NCBI GenBank assembly: GCA_965203905.1
Contig: CBDBDQ010000005.1
Coordinates: 3,680,001 to 3,744,000, forward strand
Direction of reading: 5' to 3'
Length of the DNA stretch: 64,000 bases
From: Spirochaetia bacterium
Lineage (GTDB): Bacteria; Spirochaetota; Spirochaetia; SZUA-6; Bin103
Notes under the pieces: model-generated
What the model was told of the DNA's origin: nothing
The model's database searches: none
Seen by the model: only the letters and a program-made list of their open reading frames with translations
Shown: positions 49,844 through 58,087 of the stretch, one piece after another
Layout of the letters: every line of letters starts with the position of its first letter
Numbering within the stretch: the stretch's first letter is position 1
Translations under genes and position numbers: made by a program

Positions 49844-50995
49844 TCAGTCGCTGCCGGCTTCGGCCTCCGGCCGGTACAGTTCGGCGCTGGCGCGGATCGC
49901 CTGCTCGTGGTAGAGCGCCTCCTGGTACTTCGAGGAGTCGATCTGCGGGATGCCGCCCTCGGGAGCGAGGATCCAGTCGTCGCGGCTGATGCGGTAGCTG
50001 CGGATGAACGCCATGGGGGCGTCGTCGACGATGTACTGCACCACGTACAGGTCGCCGTCCGGAAGCTGCACCCAGCCGGAGTAGGCGCCGTCGGGATGAA
50101 TGCTGCGGTCGTGCTCCACGAAAAAGCGCCGGAAGTCGGGCGAGAGATGCGACCTGGTGGCGTTCTCCACGCAGTCCGGGTCGGCGGCGCTGGCCTGGCT
50201 CTCGGCGTGCAGCACCAGCAGGCGCGGGGCGTTGCTGAAGCCGTAGAACACGATCACTTCGCCGCTGCGCAGCAGGCCGGCCTCGGGACGCCCGATGCAG
50301 GACAGCAGGTGGGTGGGGTGGGGACCCTGCCAGGTGGCGCCGTCGTCGTGCGAGATCGCCTTGTAGCCCCGCAGCCGCTCCTCGTCCTCGCGGATGTAGC
50401 ACACCAGGGTGTCGTCCTGGAGCTGCACGAAGGTGGCCTCGTTGAGCCACAGCTCGCTGGAGGCGGAGACGACGGTCGGTCCCTGCCACGAGGCGCCCTC
50501 GTCCTCGGATACCCACAGGTCGACGCTCCAGGTGGTGCCGTCCCAGCCGTCGGCGGCGAGGAAGATCTTGCCGGAACGGGTGCGGAACAGGCAGGGGCAG
50601 ATGTGGCCGGTGATGCCGGTCTCCGCCTTCTCGCTCCAGGTCACGCCGCCGTCCTCGGAGTGCCAGGAGTAGATCTTGCTATTGGGGGTGTACTCCTGCT
50701 CGTACGGGGGCCCCCAGTCGCAGATCATCAGCAGGCGGCCGCCGCCGAGGTGCAGCAGGCGCGGCGTGTTCCAGCCGCCGCCGGTGGCGTGGTCGGGAAT
50801 CTCCTCCACCACCGCCTTGCGGCCCCAGTTGCGGCCACCGTCGCGGCTGATGTGCATGGCGATGCGGGTCCAGGGCCAGCGGCCGTGGACCAGGCTCTCG
50901 CGATAGCAGCACACCAGGGAACCGTCCTCGCAGCGGGCGAGGTCGGGCAGCATCTTGTAGATGTCGGGCTCGGCCGACACGACTGACTTGGTCAT
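49844..50995 (-). CDS. Sialidase-like BNR/Asp-box protein
   Basis: Asp boxes SRDGGRNW, SEDGGVTW, SEDEGASW and SHDDGATW. Confidence 0.82.
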   Translation of the reverse strand: MTKSVVSAEPDIYKMLPDLARCEDGSLVCCYRESLVHGRWPWTRIAMHISRDGGRNWGRKAVVEEIPDHATGGGWNTPRLLHLGGGRLLMICDWGPPYEQEYTPNSKIYSWHSEDGGVTWSEKAETGITGHICPCLFRTRSGKIFLAADGWDGTTWSVDLWVSEDEGASWQGPTVVSASSELWLNEATFVQLQDDTLVCYIREDEERLRGYKAISHDDGATWQGPHPTHLLSCIGRPEAGLLRSGEVIVFYGFSNAPRLLVLHAESQASAADPDCVENATRSHLSPDFRRFFVEHDRSIHPDGAYSGWVQLPDGDLYVVQYIVDDAPMAFIRSYRISRDDWILAPEGGIPQIDSSKYQEALYHEQAIRASAELYRPEAEAGSD

Positions 50996-51031
50996 AACGT
51001 CGTATCATAGCCGGTACCGGCAGGAGAGGCG

Positions 51032-52036
51032 ATGAAGTACAACCCGACCGCGCGCACCTTCAACTGTGCCCCTGCGCTGAACGACAGCGAGGTGCTGGCG
51101 TTCTGCCGCGACGGCCACCTGTTGCTGCCCGGGGTGGTCCCCGCGGAGATCAACCGGCGCGTCTGCGACTGGCTCGACCGCAAGGTGCCGGCCACTCCGA
51201 GCTATCTTCCGGAGGGGCTCACGCACGCCGACCTGGAACGGATCCGCGGCACCCACGAGCCGAGCGGCATCCTGCTGGAGGAGTGGTTCCTGGAGCACGT
51301 CCTGCTCAACCCGCGGCTCGGCGGTGTGATGCGGTCGCTGCTCGGCCCCGACATCGGCCTGCCGGTGCTGGTCAGCCACCACTTCATGCAGTGTCCCGCC
51401 GCGGCGCAACGCTGGCACCACGACGCCGACAGCGTGTTCGGCCCGGAGCTGCGCTTCGTCGAGGTGTTCTACTTCCCCCAGGACACGCCGGCGGAGCTAG
51501 GCCCCACCGAGCTGGTGCCGGGCAGCCATCTGGGCCGTACGCAGGCCGATGAGGGCACCGTGGGGGTTCTGAGCGCGGGGCCTGCCGGCACCATCGGCGT
51601 GCATCACCAGAGCATCCTGCACCGGCGCGCCGCCTCCACCGCCAGCGGTCCGCGGCGCATGCTCAAGTACAGCTACTGGCGCACCGCACCGCCGCGGCGC
51701 GACTGGCCCGCCGACGCGAGCTTCGACCCGCGCAGCGCCGATTACGGCGGCCACGGCAGGGCGCGCTTCGCGGCGCACCTGTTCGCCTGGCTGTGCGGCA
51801 GCGCCGACCAGTTCCGCGTGATCGGCGGGCAGGGCTGGCCGTGGCGCACCGAGAACCAGATCGGTCCCTCCTACGGCTACGCCAGCCCGGAGGGCTACCT
51901 CCCCGACTGGCGCAGCAACAACGATGGCTATGCCCTGCCGCCCGCGCCCCGCGAGGCGGTCGCCGCTGCCGCCAACAACGGACCCGCGGCACTGCCGTCC
52001 CGTAACGTCGCATCCGGAGCCCGCGATGCAGGTTGA
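51032..52036 (+). CDS. Phytanoyl-CoA dioxygenase (PhyH) family protein
   Basis: FCRDGHLLL, WHHD, GPTELVPGSH and ILHRR. Confidence 0.8.
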   Translation: MKYNPTARTFNCAPALNDSEVLAFCRDGHLLLPGVVPAEINRRVCDWLDRKVPATPSYLPEGLTHADLERIRGTHEPSGILLEEWFLEHVLLNPRLGGVMRSLLGPDIGLPVLVSHHFMQCPAAAQRWHHDADSVFGPELRFVEVFYFPQDTPAELGPTELVPGSHLGRTQADEGTVGVLSAGPAGTIGVHHQSILHRRAASTASGPRRMLKYSYWRTAPPRRDWPADASFDPRSADYGGHGRARFAAHLFAWLCGSADQFRVIGGQGWPWRTENQIGPSYGYASPEGYLPDWRSNNDGYALPPAPREAVAAAANNGPAALPSRNVASGARDAG

Positions 52037-52805
52037 CCTCGCGGGGCAGGTGGCCCTGGTGACCGGCGGCGGGCAGGGGATCGGGCACGCCATCGTCGGC
52101 GCGCTGGCCGCCAACGGCGCCCGCATCGCCATAGTCGACGTGGACGGCGCCGCCGGCGAACGGGCCGCGCGCGAGGTGGGCGGCCGCTGCTGGGAGGCGG
52201 ACGTCACCGACCACCGGGCGATCGCCACCGTCATGGACGAAGTCGGCGCGCACTTCGGCGGGCTGCAGATCCTGGTCAACAACGCCGGCATCAACAGCGG
52301 CGGCGAACGGGTGCCGATCGACCGCTTCTCGCTGGAGGACTGGCAACGCATCCTGCAGGTCGACCTGAGCGGCGTGTTCGTGGTCAGCCGCGCCGCGGTG
52401 CCGCTGCTGGAGGCCGGCGGCGGCGGGCGGGTGGTGAACATCAGCTCCGTGGCCGGACTGGTGCCGCTGCGCCTGCAGTCGCCCTTCGTGGCCGCCAAGG
52501 CGGGGGTGATCAACCTGACCCGCTCCATGGCGCTGGAGCTGGGGCCGCGCGGGATCCTGGTCAACGCGGTGGCTCCGGGGTCGACGCTGACGCGCGGCAC
52601 CGAGCGCCTGTTCTACGGCGCCGACGGCGCATTTACCGAGCAGGCCGCGGACCTGCTCTCGCACATCCCGCTGGGACGTCCGGCGCGGGTCGAGGAGATC
52701 GCCGCCGCGGTGCTGTTCCTGGTGGCCCCCGAGGCGAGCTACGTGAACGGCAGCGTCATCACGGTGGACGGCGGCTGGACCGCCGGCTACACGCGCAATT
52801 TTTAG
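52026..52805 (+). CDS. SDR family oxidoreductase
   Basis: TGGGQGIG, NNAG, FVAAK (Tyr replaced by Phe) and VNAVAPG. Confidence 0.9.
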   Translation: MQVDLAGQVALVTGGGQGIGHAIVGALAANGARIAIVDVDGAAGERAAREVGGRCWEADVTDHRAIATVMDEVGAHFGGLQILVNNAGINSGGERVPIDRFSLEDWQRILQVDLSGVFVVSRAAVPLLEAGGGGRVVNISSVAGLVPLRLQSPFVAAKAGVINLTRSMALELGPRGILVNAVAPGSTLTRGTERLFYGADGAFTEQAADLLSHIPLGRPARVEEIAAAVLFLVAPEASYVNGSVITVDGGWTAGYTRNF

Positions 52806-52816
52806 GAGGACCAAGA

Positions 52817-53233
52817 ATGGCAAAGATCACCATGTTCAAGGGCTACGAGGGCGAGCCGCCGGTCGCCCGGCCGGCGACGCCGCCGGATGCGAACGTCGTG
52901 ACCGCGGCCGACGGGAAGCCGGTGAAGTATCCCGGCTGCGAGGGGATCGGGGTGCGCGTGGTGCACCCCTCCAATCCGCGCGCCCCGGCGCAGAGCCTGG
53001 GTCTGGTGATGTTCTACGTGCCGCCGCACGTGGTGCTGGAGCCGGGCAGCCATCACACCGAGGAGTGCTACGTGATCGTGCGCGGTCGCGGCACCATGAC
53101 CCTCAACGGGGAGCGGCGCGAGGTGTCCGCCGGCACCTTCATCCACCTGCCGCCCTGGTGCGAGCACGGGGTGGAGAACACCGGCGACGAGACGCTGGAG
53201 ATCCTGATCTGCACCTCCCCGCCCAACCCCTAG
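52817..53233 (+). CDS. Cupin-domain protein
   Basis: H.TEECYVIVRGRG...IHLPPWCEHGVENTG; AGGAGG RBS. Confidence 0.88.
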   Translation: MAKITMFKGYEGEPPVARPATPPDANVVTAADGKPVKYPGCEGIGVRVVHPSNPRAPAQSLGLVMFYVPPHVVLEPGSHHTEECYVIVRGRGTMTLNGERREVSAGTFIHLPPWCEHGVENTGDETLEILICTSPPNP

Positions 53234-53235
53234 CG

Positions 53236-53805
53236 TTGTCACTCACGCGGGAGGTGGTGGCGCGCACCCTCGGGCGGGTGCTGGAAGCGTGACAGCCGGC
53301 GCTCCCCTATCGGTTGGTGGGTACCGCCGCGGCGCTGCTCCAGAGGGTGGAGCTGCCGGCTCGGGCAATCGACATCCTGTGCCGCGAGCGGGCGGCGGTC
53401 GACCGGTTCGCGGTCGCTCTCGCGCCGTACCCGGCGCTGCAGGAGCCGGTATGGCTGGCGGGCGATCACCAGTACTTCTGCAACTACGACGTGGGCGGCG
53501 TGGAGGTCGGCGCCAGCACGGTGGAGATCGACGCCGATCACGACACCACCGAGACCTTCGGGACCGGTCCGTGGCGCCACTTCGTGGAGGTGCCGCTCGG
53601 GGCACATCGGGTGCCGGCGGTAAGGCTGGAGCTTCGCCTGGCGACCGAGCTGCTGCGCCGGCGCCGCGACCGCGCCGAGCCGCTCATCGCCTTCCTGGGC
53701 GCCCACGGCTGCGACACGCGCCTCGCCGCCCGCGCACTGGAGAACGCCGGCGTCGCCCCGCGCACCCGCACCCGCGTGCTCGCCAGGCTCAGCCCGAGCC
53801 AGTAA
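53236..53805 (+). pseudogene. Nucleotidyltransferase-fold hypothetical with an in-frame TGA
   Basis: LSLTREVVARTLGRVLEA*QPALPYRLVGTAAALLQ...AIDIL; stop at 53290-53292. Confidence 0.5.
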
Positions 53806-53908
53806 CGCCCCGAACCGTCGCCTACCGGCGCCGCTTTCGGCCCAGCCCCTCCTACCGTACGGAGTCCTGTCGGCCTGCCGCTGACGCGCCAATCCGACAG
53901 ACTCCTAG
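53806..53908. repeat. ~105-bp dispersed repeat / MITE-like element, copy 2
   Basis: Similar to 12352-12456; GGAGTCCTGTCGG...CCGACAGACTCCTAG. Confidence 0.75.
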
Positions 53909-53964
53909 CGCCCGAGATCGGTGGCGGCGTTGGCCGCGCGCCGCGACACCGCGGGACACGGACT

Positions 53965-54375
53965 TCAGGGCGACCGCGGGGCGAGTGACAGGATCAGTGA
54001 CCCGACACGACCGATGTGGGCAAAGTGGCCGTCGGTGGTAACCACGGTGGCGCCCTCGCGCGCCGCCAGGGCCGCTATCCAGATGTCGTTCGTGGGAAGT
54101 GGCGTTCCGCTCCGGCGCAGCTCCACCACGATATCGGCGTAGTGCGATGCCGCTTCGTCATCCACGTTCAGGACCGCCACCACGGGCTCCTGAATGAACT
54201 GCCGGAGTCGCTCTTCGTTCTCGACCCGGCGCGTGCCGAGGCGGAACCCCACTCGGAGTTCGCCCAGGACAATGGCCGGCACCAGTACCGACCTGGCGCG
54301 GGTCACGATCCGTACCGCCTCCGGTACGCCGCGCCTGAAGTTGCTGTACCCCGAGGTGTCGAGGCAGATGCGCAT
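53965..54375 (-). CDS. vapC: PIN-domain VapC toxin
   Basis: CLDTSGYS, VLGEL, PTNDIWIAA and TTDGHF. Confidence 0.92.
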   Translation of the reverse strand: MRICLDTSGYSNFRRGVPEAVRIVTRARSVLVPAIVLGELRVGFRLGTRRVENEERLRQFIQEPVVAVLNVDDEAASHYADIVVELRRSGTPLPTNDIWIAALAAREGATVVTTDGHFAHIGRVGSLILSLAPRSP

Positions 54376-54626
54376 CAGTGCCAGAGCTCCTCGTCGATCT
54401 GCCGGAACATCCTGGTGTTGTCCTCGAACTCCTGCAGCTCCGCCTGGCTCCAGTCACCTGCATGGCGGCTCAGCCCGTTCTCGTACGCTGCGTCGGGCGC
54501 AAGGCCCAGTGCGCGCCGCAACAGATCGAGCACCGTCTGGTTGAGGGACGCGCCACGGCGCGACTTCTCCGCCAACAGGGCGTCGGCGACTTCACCGGGA
54601 ACGTTACGAACCGTGAGATGTTTCAT
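54375..54626 (-). CDS. Ribbon-helix-helix (FitA-like) antitoxin
   Basis: MKHLTVRNVP...SLNQTVLDLL...IDEELWH; TGATG overlap with the toxin. Confidence 0.85.
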   Translation of the reverse strand: MKHLTVRNVPGEVADALLAEKSRRGASLNQTVLDLLRRALGLAPDAAYENGLSRHAGDWSQAELQEFEDNTRMFRQIDEELWH

Positions 54627-54637
54627 GCTTCGATTCC

Positions 54638-54682
54638 TGCATTCATTTGATGCAGTCTATGAATTGCTTCTGAATGTGTCAA
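54638..54682 (-). promoter_or_regulatory. Sigma70 promoter plus palindromic operator of the TA pair
   Basis: Minus strand TTGACA-17bp-TAGACT; palindrome TGCAT...ATGCA just downstream. Confidence 0.65.
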
Positions 54683-54790
54683 CCGAAGAAGCAGTAGGGA
54701 TGGGCACCGTTCGCCAACGCCAATGGCGAATTTCATGATAATCGCCATGTCTGATGGCGTTTGGATCTGGAACGCCTGCTCGCGGTGCTA

Positions 54791-55696
54791 CTAGCAGTTC
54801 GAAGTAGAGGGACGGAAGCCGGCGGCGCGCTCGTCGCGGGTGGTGGGTGCCAGTTCGGTCGCGGGATCGCCTGCAATGCGGGTGGCCTGCAGCACGCGCG
54901 GCTCGGTTCGGTCGTAGGGCCGCGCCCGGTGCAGCACGCAGCGGTTGTCCCACAGCAGCAGGTCGCCCGCCTGCCACCGATGGGTGTACACCCGCGGTGG
55001 CCGGCACGCACGTTGCAACAGGTCGTCGACCAGCGCCTGGGCGTCGGCATCCTCCATGCCGGGGATGCGATAGATGTGGCGCGCGAGCTGCAGCGCCTTG
55101 CGGCCGGTGACGGGATGGGTCTTGACCAGCGGGCGGATCGGCGCGCCCTTGTCGTGATACCCGTATCCGGAGCCGGTATCGACGAAGTGGCCGACCTTCG
55201 CCTGGGACGCGTACAGGGAGTGACACGCCGCCAGCCCCGCGATCCGGTCCCTGGTTTCGGCGTCGAGCGCGTCGTAGGCGGCACGCATGTCGGCGAACTC
55301 GGTCTCGCCGCCGCTGGCCGGCACCTCGATGGCGGACAACAGCCCCGCCTTCGCGGAGAGCGGCATGTAGGTGCTGTCCATGTGCCAGCCCTCGTTGCCG
55401 CGTAGCGCCTTGAAGCGGAATTCGTCCGGTTGCAGCAGGGTGCCGTCCAGCTTCTTGTTGCTGAACTGGACCGCCTCACGGCCGTCCTCCCGCAGGATCT
55501 CGATCTCGCCGAAGCGTCTGCCGAAGGCGACCTGATCGTCCGCTCCGAGGTGCTGCCCCGGGAACACCAGCACGGCGTACTCCAGAAACGCTTCCTCGAC
55601 CGCACGCCAAGCCTGGCCGCTGAGGCGGGTCAGGTCTACGTCAGTGATTACCGCGCCGAGGGTCGCCCCCGCGACCGGAGCAACGCGCGCCGTCAC
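54791..55696 (-). CDS. TauD/TfdA-family Fe(II)/2OG dioxygenase
   Basis: WHMDSTY, GGETEFADM, HPVTGRKAL and WDNRCVLHR. Confidence 0.92.
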   Translation of the reverse strand: MTARVAPVAGATLGAVITDVDLTRLSGQAWRAVEEAFLEYAVLVFPGQHLGADDQVAFGRRFGEIEILREDGREAVQFSNKKLDGTLLQPDEFRFKALRGNEGWHMDSTYMPLSAKAGLLSAIEVPASGGETEFADMRAAYDALDAETRDRIAGLAACHSLYASQAKVGHFVDTGSGYGYHDKGAPIRPLVKTHPVTGRKALQLARHIYRIPGMEDADAQALVDDLLQRACRPPRVYTHRWQAGDLLLWDNRCVLHRARPYDRTEPRVLQATRIAGDPATELAPTTRDERAAGFRPSTSNC

Positions 55697-56118
55697 TCCG
55701 CCGCCTCCGGGGTCGGGACCAGTGCACGCCGCTGCTTCCCTTCCATCAGGCCTGCAAGGAATGATACCCGCTGTTCTACTCCGGCGATCCGATCCGCGAG
55801 CCGCTGATCTACGGCCGCGATCTGTTCGGTCAGCCGATGATCGACACTCGCAATCTGTTCGGTCAACCGATGATCGACACTCGCAATCTGTTCGGTCAAG
55901 CGCTGATCGACACCCGCAATCTGTTCGGTCAGCCGTTGGTCGACACCCGCGATCTGGTCCTTGAGCCGCTGATCGACACCCGCGATCTGGTCCGCGAGCC
56001 GGTGATCTACGGTGACGATCTGGTCCGCCAGCCGGCGAAACCCGGAAACGGCCAGGCCGGTGCTGGTTATCCCGGCGGCAACAACCGCCACGAGCACGGC
56101 CACCCATTCAACGGACAC
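55693..56118 (-). CDS. Membrane-anchored coiled-coil protein with 11-aa repeats
   Basis: N-terminal TM helix followed by 8 x RL(T/A)(E/D)QIA.VD(Q/H). Confidence 0.75.
   Translation of the reverse strand: MSVEWVAVLVAVVAAGITSTGLAVSGFRRLADQIVTVDHRLADQIAGVDQRLKDQIAGVDQRLTEQIAGVDQRLTEQIASVDHRLTEQIASVDHRLTEQIAAVDQRLADRIAGVEQRVSFLAGLMEGKQRRALVPTPEAAE
55771..56034 (-). repeat. 33-bp coding tandem repeat, about 8 units
   Basis: Contiguous units such as CCGATGATCGACACTCGCAATCTGTTCGGTCAA. Confidence 0.9.
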
Positions 56119-56312
56119 TCGGATCTACCTCCATGAGCCTGCTCGCTGGCAGGCTCGTAGACTAACAACGGCGCGCCGTCGCTGACGCTTTGCAGTTGCG
56201 GCCCAGGAACTGTAATCAGCCGTAGTCCCCGGGTTCAAGCCCTGCGCGGCAACGTCCCATCGCGTGACAAGGCGGAAGCACCTGGATCCGCCCGCCACCG
56301 GCCGACCGGTGC

Positions 56313-56346
56313 CCGGAGGCCGCCGTTACGGCTTGGCGGTCTCCGG
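56313..56346 (-). terminator. Conserved hairpin downstream of SBP copy 1
   Basis: CCGGAGGCCGCC...GGCGGTCTCCGG; homologous hairpins at 59081-59119 and 62573-62611; no U-tract. Confidence 0.5.
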
Positions 56347-56363
56347 CCAGGCGAGAGGCCTTG

Positions 56364-57926
56364 CTACATCTCCGCGTGCTGGGCGCGTGCCTCGGCGAGC
56401 ACTTCGTTGCCGCCGGCACGCATCCACTGTGCGACGTAGGTGTCCCAGTCGTCGTCGGTGTCGGCGTCGCCGGTGATCGCCTTCCACATGTACTCTTCGC
56501 GAATGCGCGCCATGTCGGCGCGGTACTGGTTCTGGGAGTCCAGCACCCAGCCGTGTCCGAGCACCGGGTTGATGATGTTGTAGCCCTTCTGGCGCTCCGC
56601 CATCGCCAAGGCGTCGCTGCCGAACGAGGCGGTGAACATCCAGCCGTAGCGGATGTTGGTCAGGAAGAACTTCACCCCCAGGTCGCCCTGCGCCTCCATG
56701 CCCTGCGCAGCGGGCAGGAATTGGCGCATGCCTTCATCGTCGAATTCGAAATGCTCGCCCTCGATGCCGGACCAGATCAGGTTGTGGTAGAAGGGGTCGG
56801 CTATCTGCAGGTCGATCACCCCGAGGATCTTCTCCAGGGCCAGGTCGCTGGTGTCCTTGCCGATGACGTGGTAGGTCCACAGCGGAGCACGCAGCTCCCA
56901 GGTCGGCTCGTAACCGGCGGCGGTCAACTGGCCCACGTACTCCACCGTGGCGTTGGGATCCTTCTCGAACAGGTTCGGGAACCAGGTGCCCGGCCGGTAC
57001 TTGGGCAGCACCCAGGTCCAGGTGTCGCCGGCGAAGCCGACGTGACCGTCCTGGAACAGCGTGCCGACCGCTTGCTTGTCGGGCAGCGTGACATCGGGAT
57101 GGATCACCCCCGCCTCCCACATGCCGTTCATCCAGCGCAGGAAGTCGCGGAACCCCTCGGTGACCTCGAAGAACGTGACCTCGCCGCTGTCAGGGGCGAG
57201 GTAGGGCCGCTCGACGTGCTCGTAACCAAACGCCACCAGGAGGGTTGCCAGGCTGCTTCTCCAGCTCCCCGGAGACGTCGCCGACGTGGCGATGCCCCAA
57301 GTGTCCTTCTGGCCGTTGCCGTCGGGATCGTCGTAGGTGAACCGGCGCGCCACCTCGGCGAACTCTTCCACGGTGGTGGGTATCGAAGCGCCGAGCGCCT
57401 CCAGCCAGTCGCCGCGCACCACGATCTGGTGCTTGATCTCGCTACCGCCGTTGGGCACCGCCCACAGCGACTCGGTGTCCTTGTCCCAGGACGGGAAGTC
57501 GAACCAGACCCCCTCCGCTTCGCCGTTGGCGTAGTCGCGCCAGTAGGTGGGCGCGTGCTGCTTGACCATGTCGAGCGGTACCTCGCGCAGCAGCCCCTCG
57601 TCCTTGTAGCGCAGCATGTTGTTCTGGGTGGCCAGCATGTGGTCGGGAATCTCGCCGGCCGCGAACAGCAGGTTCATCTCCTCGGCACTGAAGGCGTCCG
57701 ACTTGACGACGCGCAGATCGATGTTCAACGCCTTGTTGAACTCCTGGATGATGCGGCTGTCCGGCTGCGGGTAGAGCGCTCCCCCCGGCGTCTTCAGGCG
57801 CAGCCCCACCCAGTTGATCACGACCGGCCCCTCGTCCGCGGTCGCGGTCTCCGCCTCGGAAGCGGCAAACACACCCGGCGTCGCCGCAACCAGGACTACG
57901 AATGCAAGTACGGTGAATCTCCTCAC
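56364..57926 (-). CDS. Extracellular solute-binding protein (carbohydrate-type, LplA-like), copy 1
   Basis: Signal peptide, RGDWLEALG..IPTTVEEF..V...F...DPDGNG and WDTYVAQW..AGG; AAGGAG RBS. Confidence 0.9.
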   Translation of the reverse strand: MRRFTVLAFVVLVAATPGVFAASEAETATADEGPVVINWVGLRLKTPGGALYPQPDSRIIQEFNKALNIDLRVVKSDAFSAEEMNLLFAAGEIPDHMLATQNNMLRYKDEGLLREVPLDMVKQHAPTYWRDYANGEAEGVWFDFPSWDKDTESLWAVPNGGSEIKHQIVVRGDWLEALGASIPTTVEEFAEVARRFTYDDPDGNGQKDTWGIATSATSPGSWRSSLATLLVAFGYEHVERPYLAPDSGEVTFFEVTEGFRDFLRWMNGMWEAGVIHPDVTLPDKQAVGTLFQDGHVGFAGDTWTWVLPKYRPGTWFPNLFEKDPNATVEYVGQLTAAGYEPTWELRAPLWTYHVIGKDTSDLALEKILGVIDLQIADPFYHNLIWSGIEGEHFEFDDEGMRQFLPAAQGMEAQGDLGVKFFLTNIRYGWMFTASFGSDALAMAERQKGYNIINPVLGHGWVLDSQNQYRADMARIREEYMWKAITGDADTDDDWDTYVAQWMRAGGNEVLAEARAQHAEM

Positions 57927-58020
57927 GTCGTATCTCCTTGTGTGGATCGATGATATGCGGACGGTCCTGCCGCCGCTGCCCCGCAACCCGGGGCTCGTCG
58001 TCGTTCCACTGAGCCTACCA
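57927..58020 (-). promoter_or_regulatory. Conserved promoter and 5' leader of SBP copy 1
   Basis: Shares TGnTAGGCTCA, GACGAGCCCCG..CGGGG and ATCCACACAAGGAGATACGACGTG with 60699-60795. Confidence 0.55.
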
Positions 58021-58087
58021 TACATAAGAATCTGACCGAACCAATGGGGCACTTGCCGGCCCGCGGGCAGCGAATTAATCTGAAGCG

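Noticed and set aside
54700-54790. Series of small hairpins between the TA promoter and the TauD stop as an ncRNA
   Set aside because: The stems are short, single-copy and match no known motif.
55771-56034. 33-bp repeats resembling a CRISPR array
   Set aside because: The units are contiguous with no unique spacers, they keep the reading frame of a coiled-coil ORF, and there are no cas genes.
56195-56253. tRNA-like fragment (CTGTAATCAG ... GGGTTCAAGCCC)
   Set aside because: Only a partial T-arm is present, with no D-arm, an imperfect acceptor stem and no CCA. tRNAscan-SE/ARAGORN would be needed to support it.
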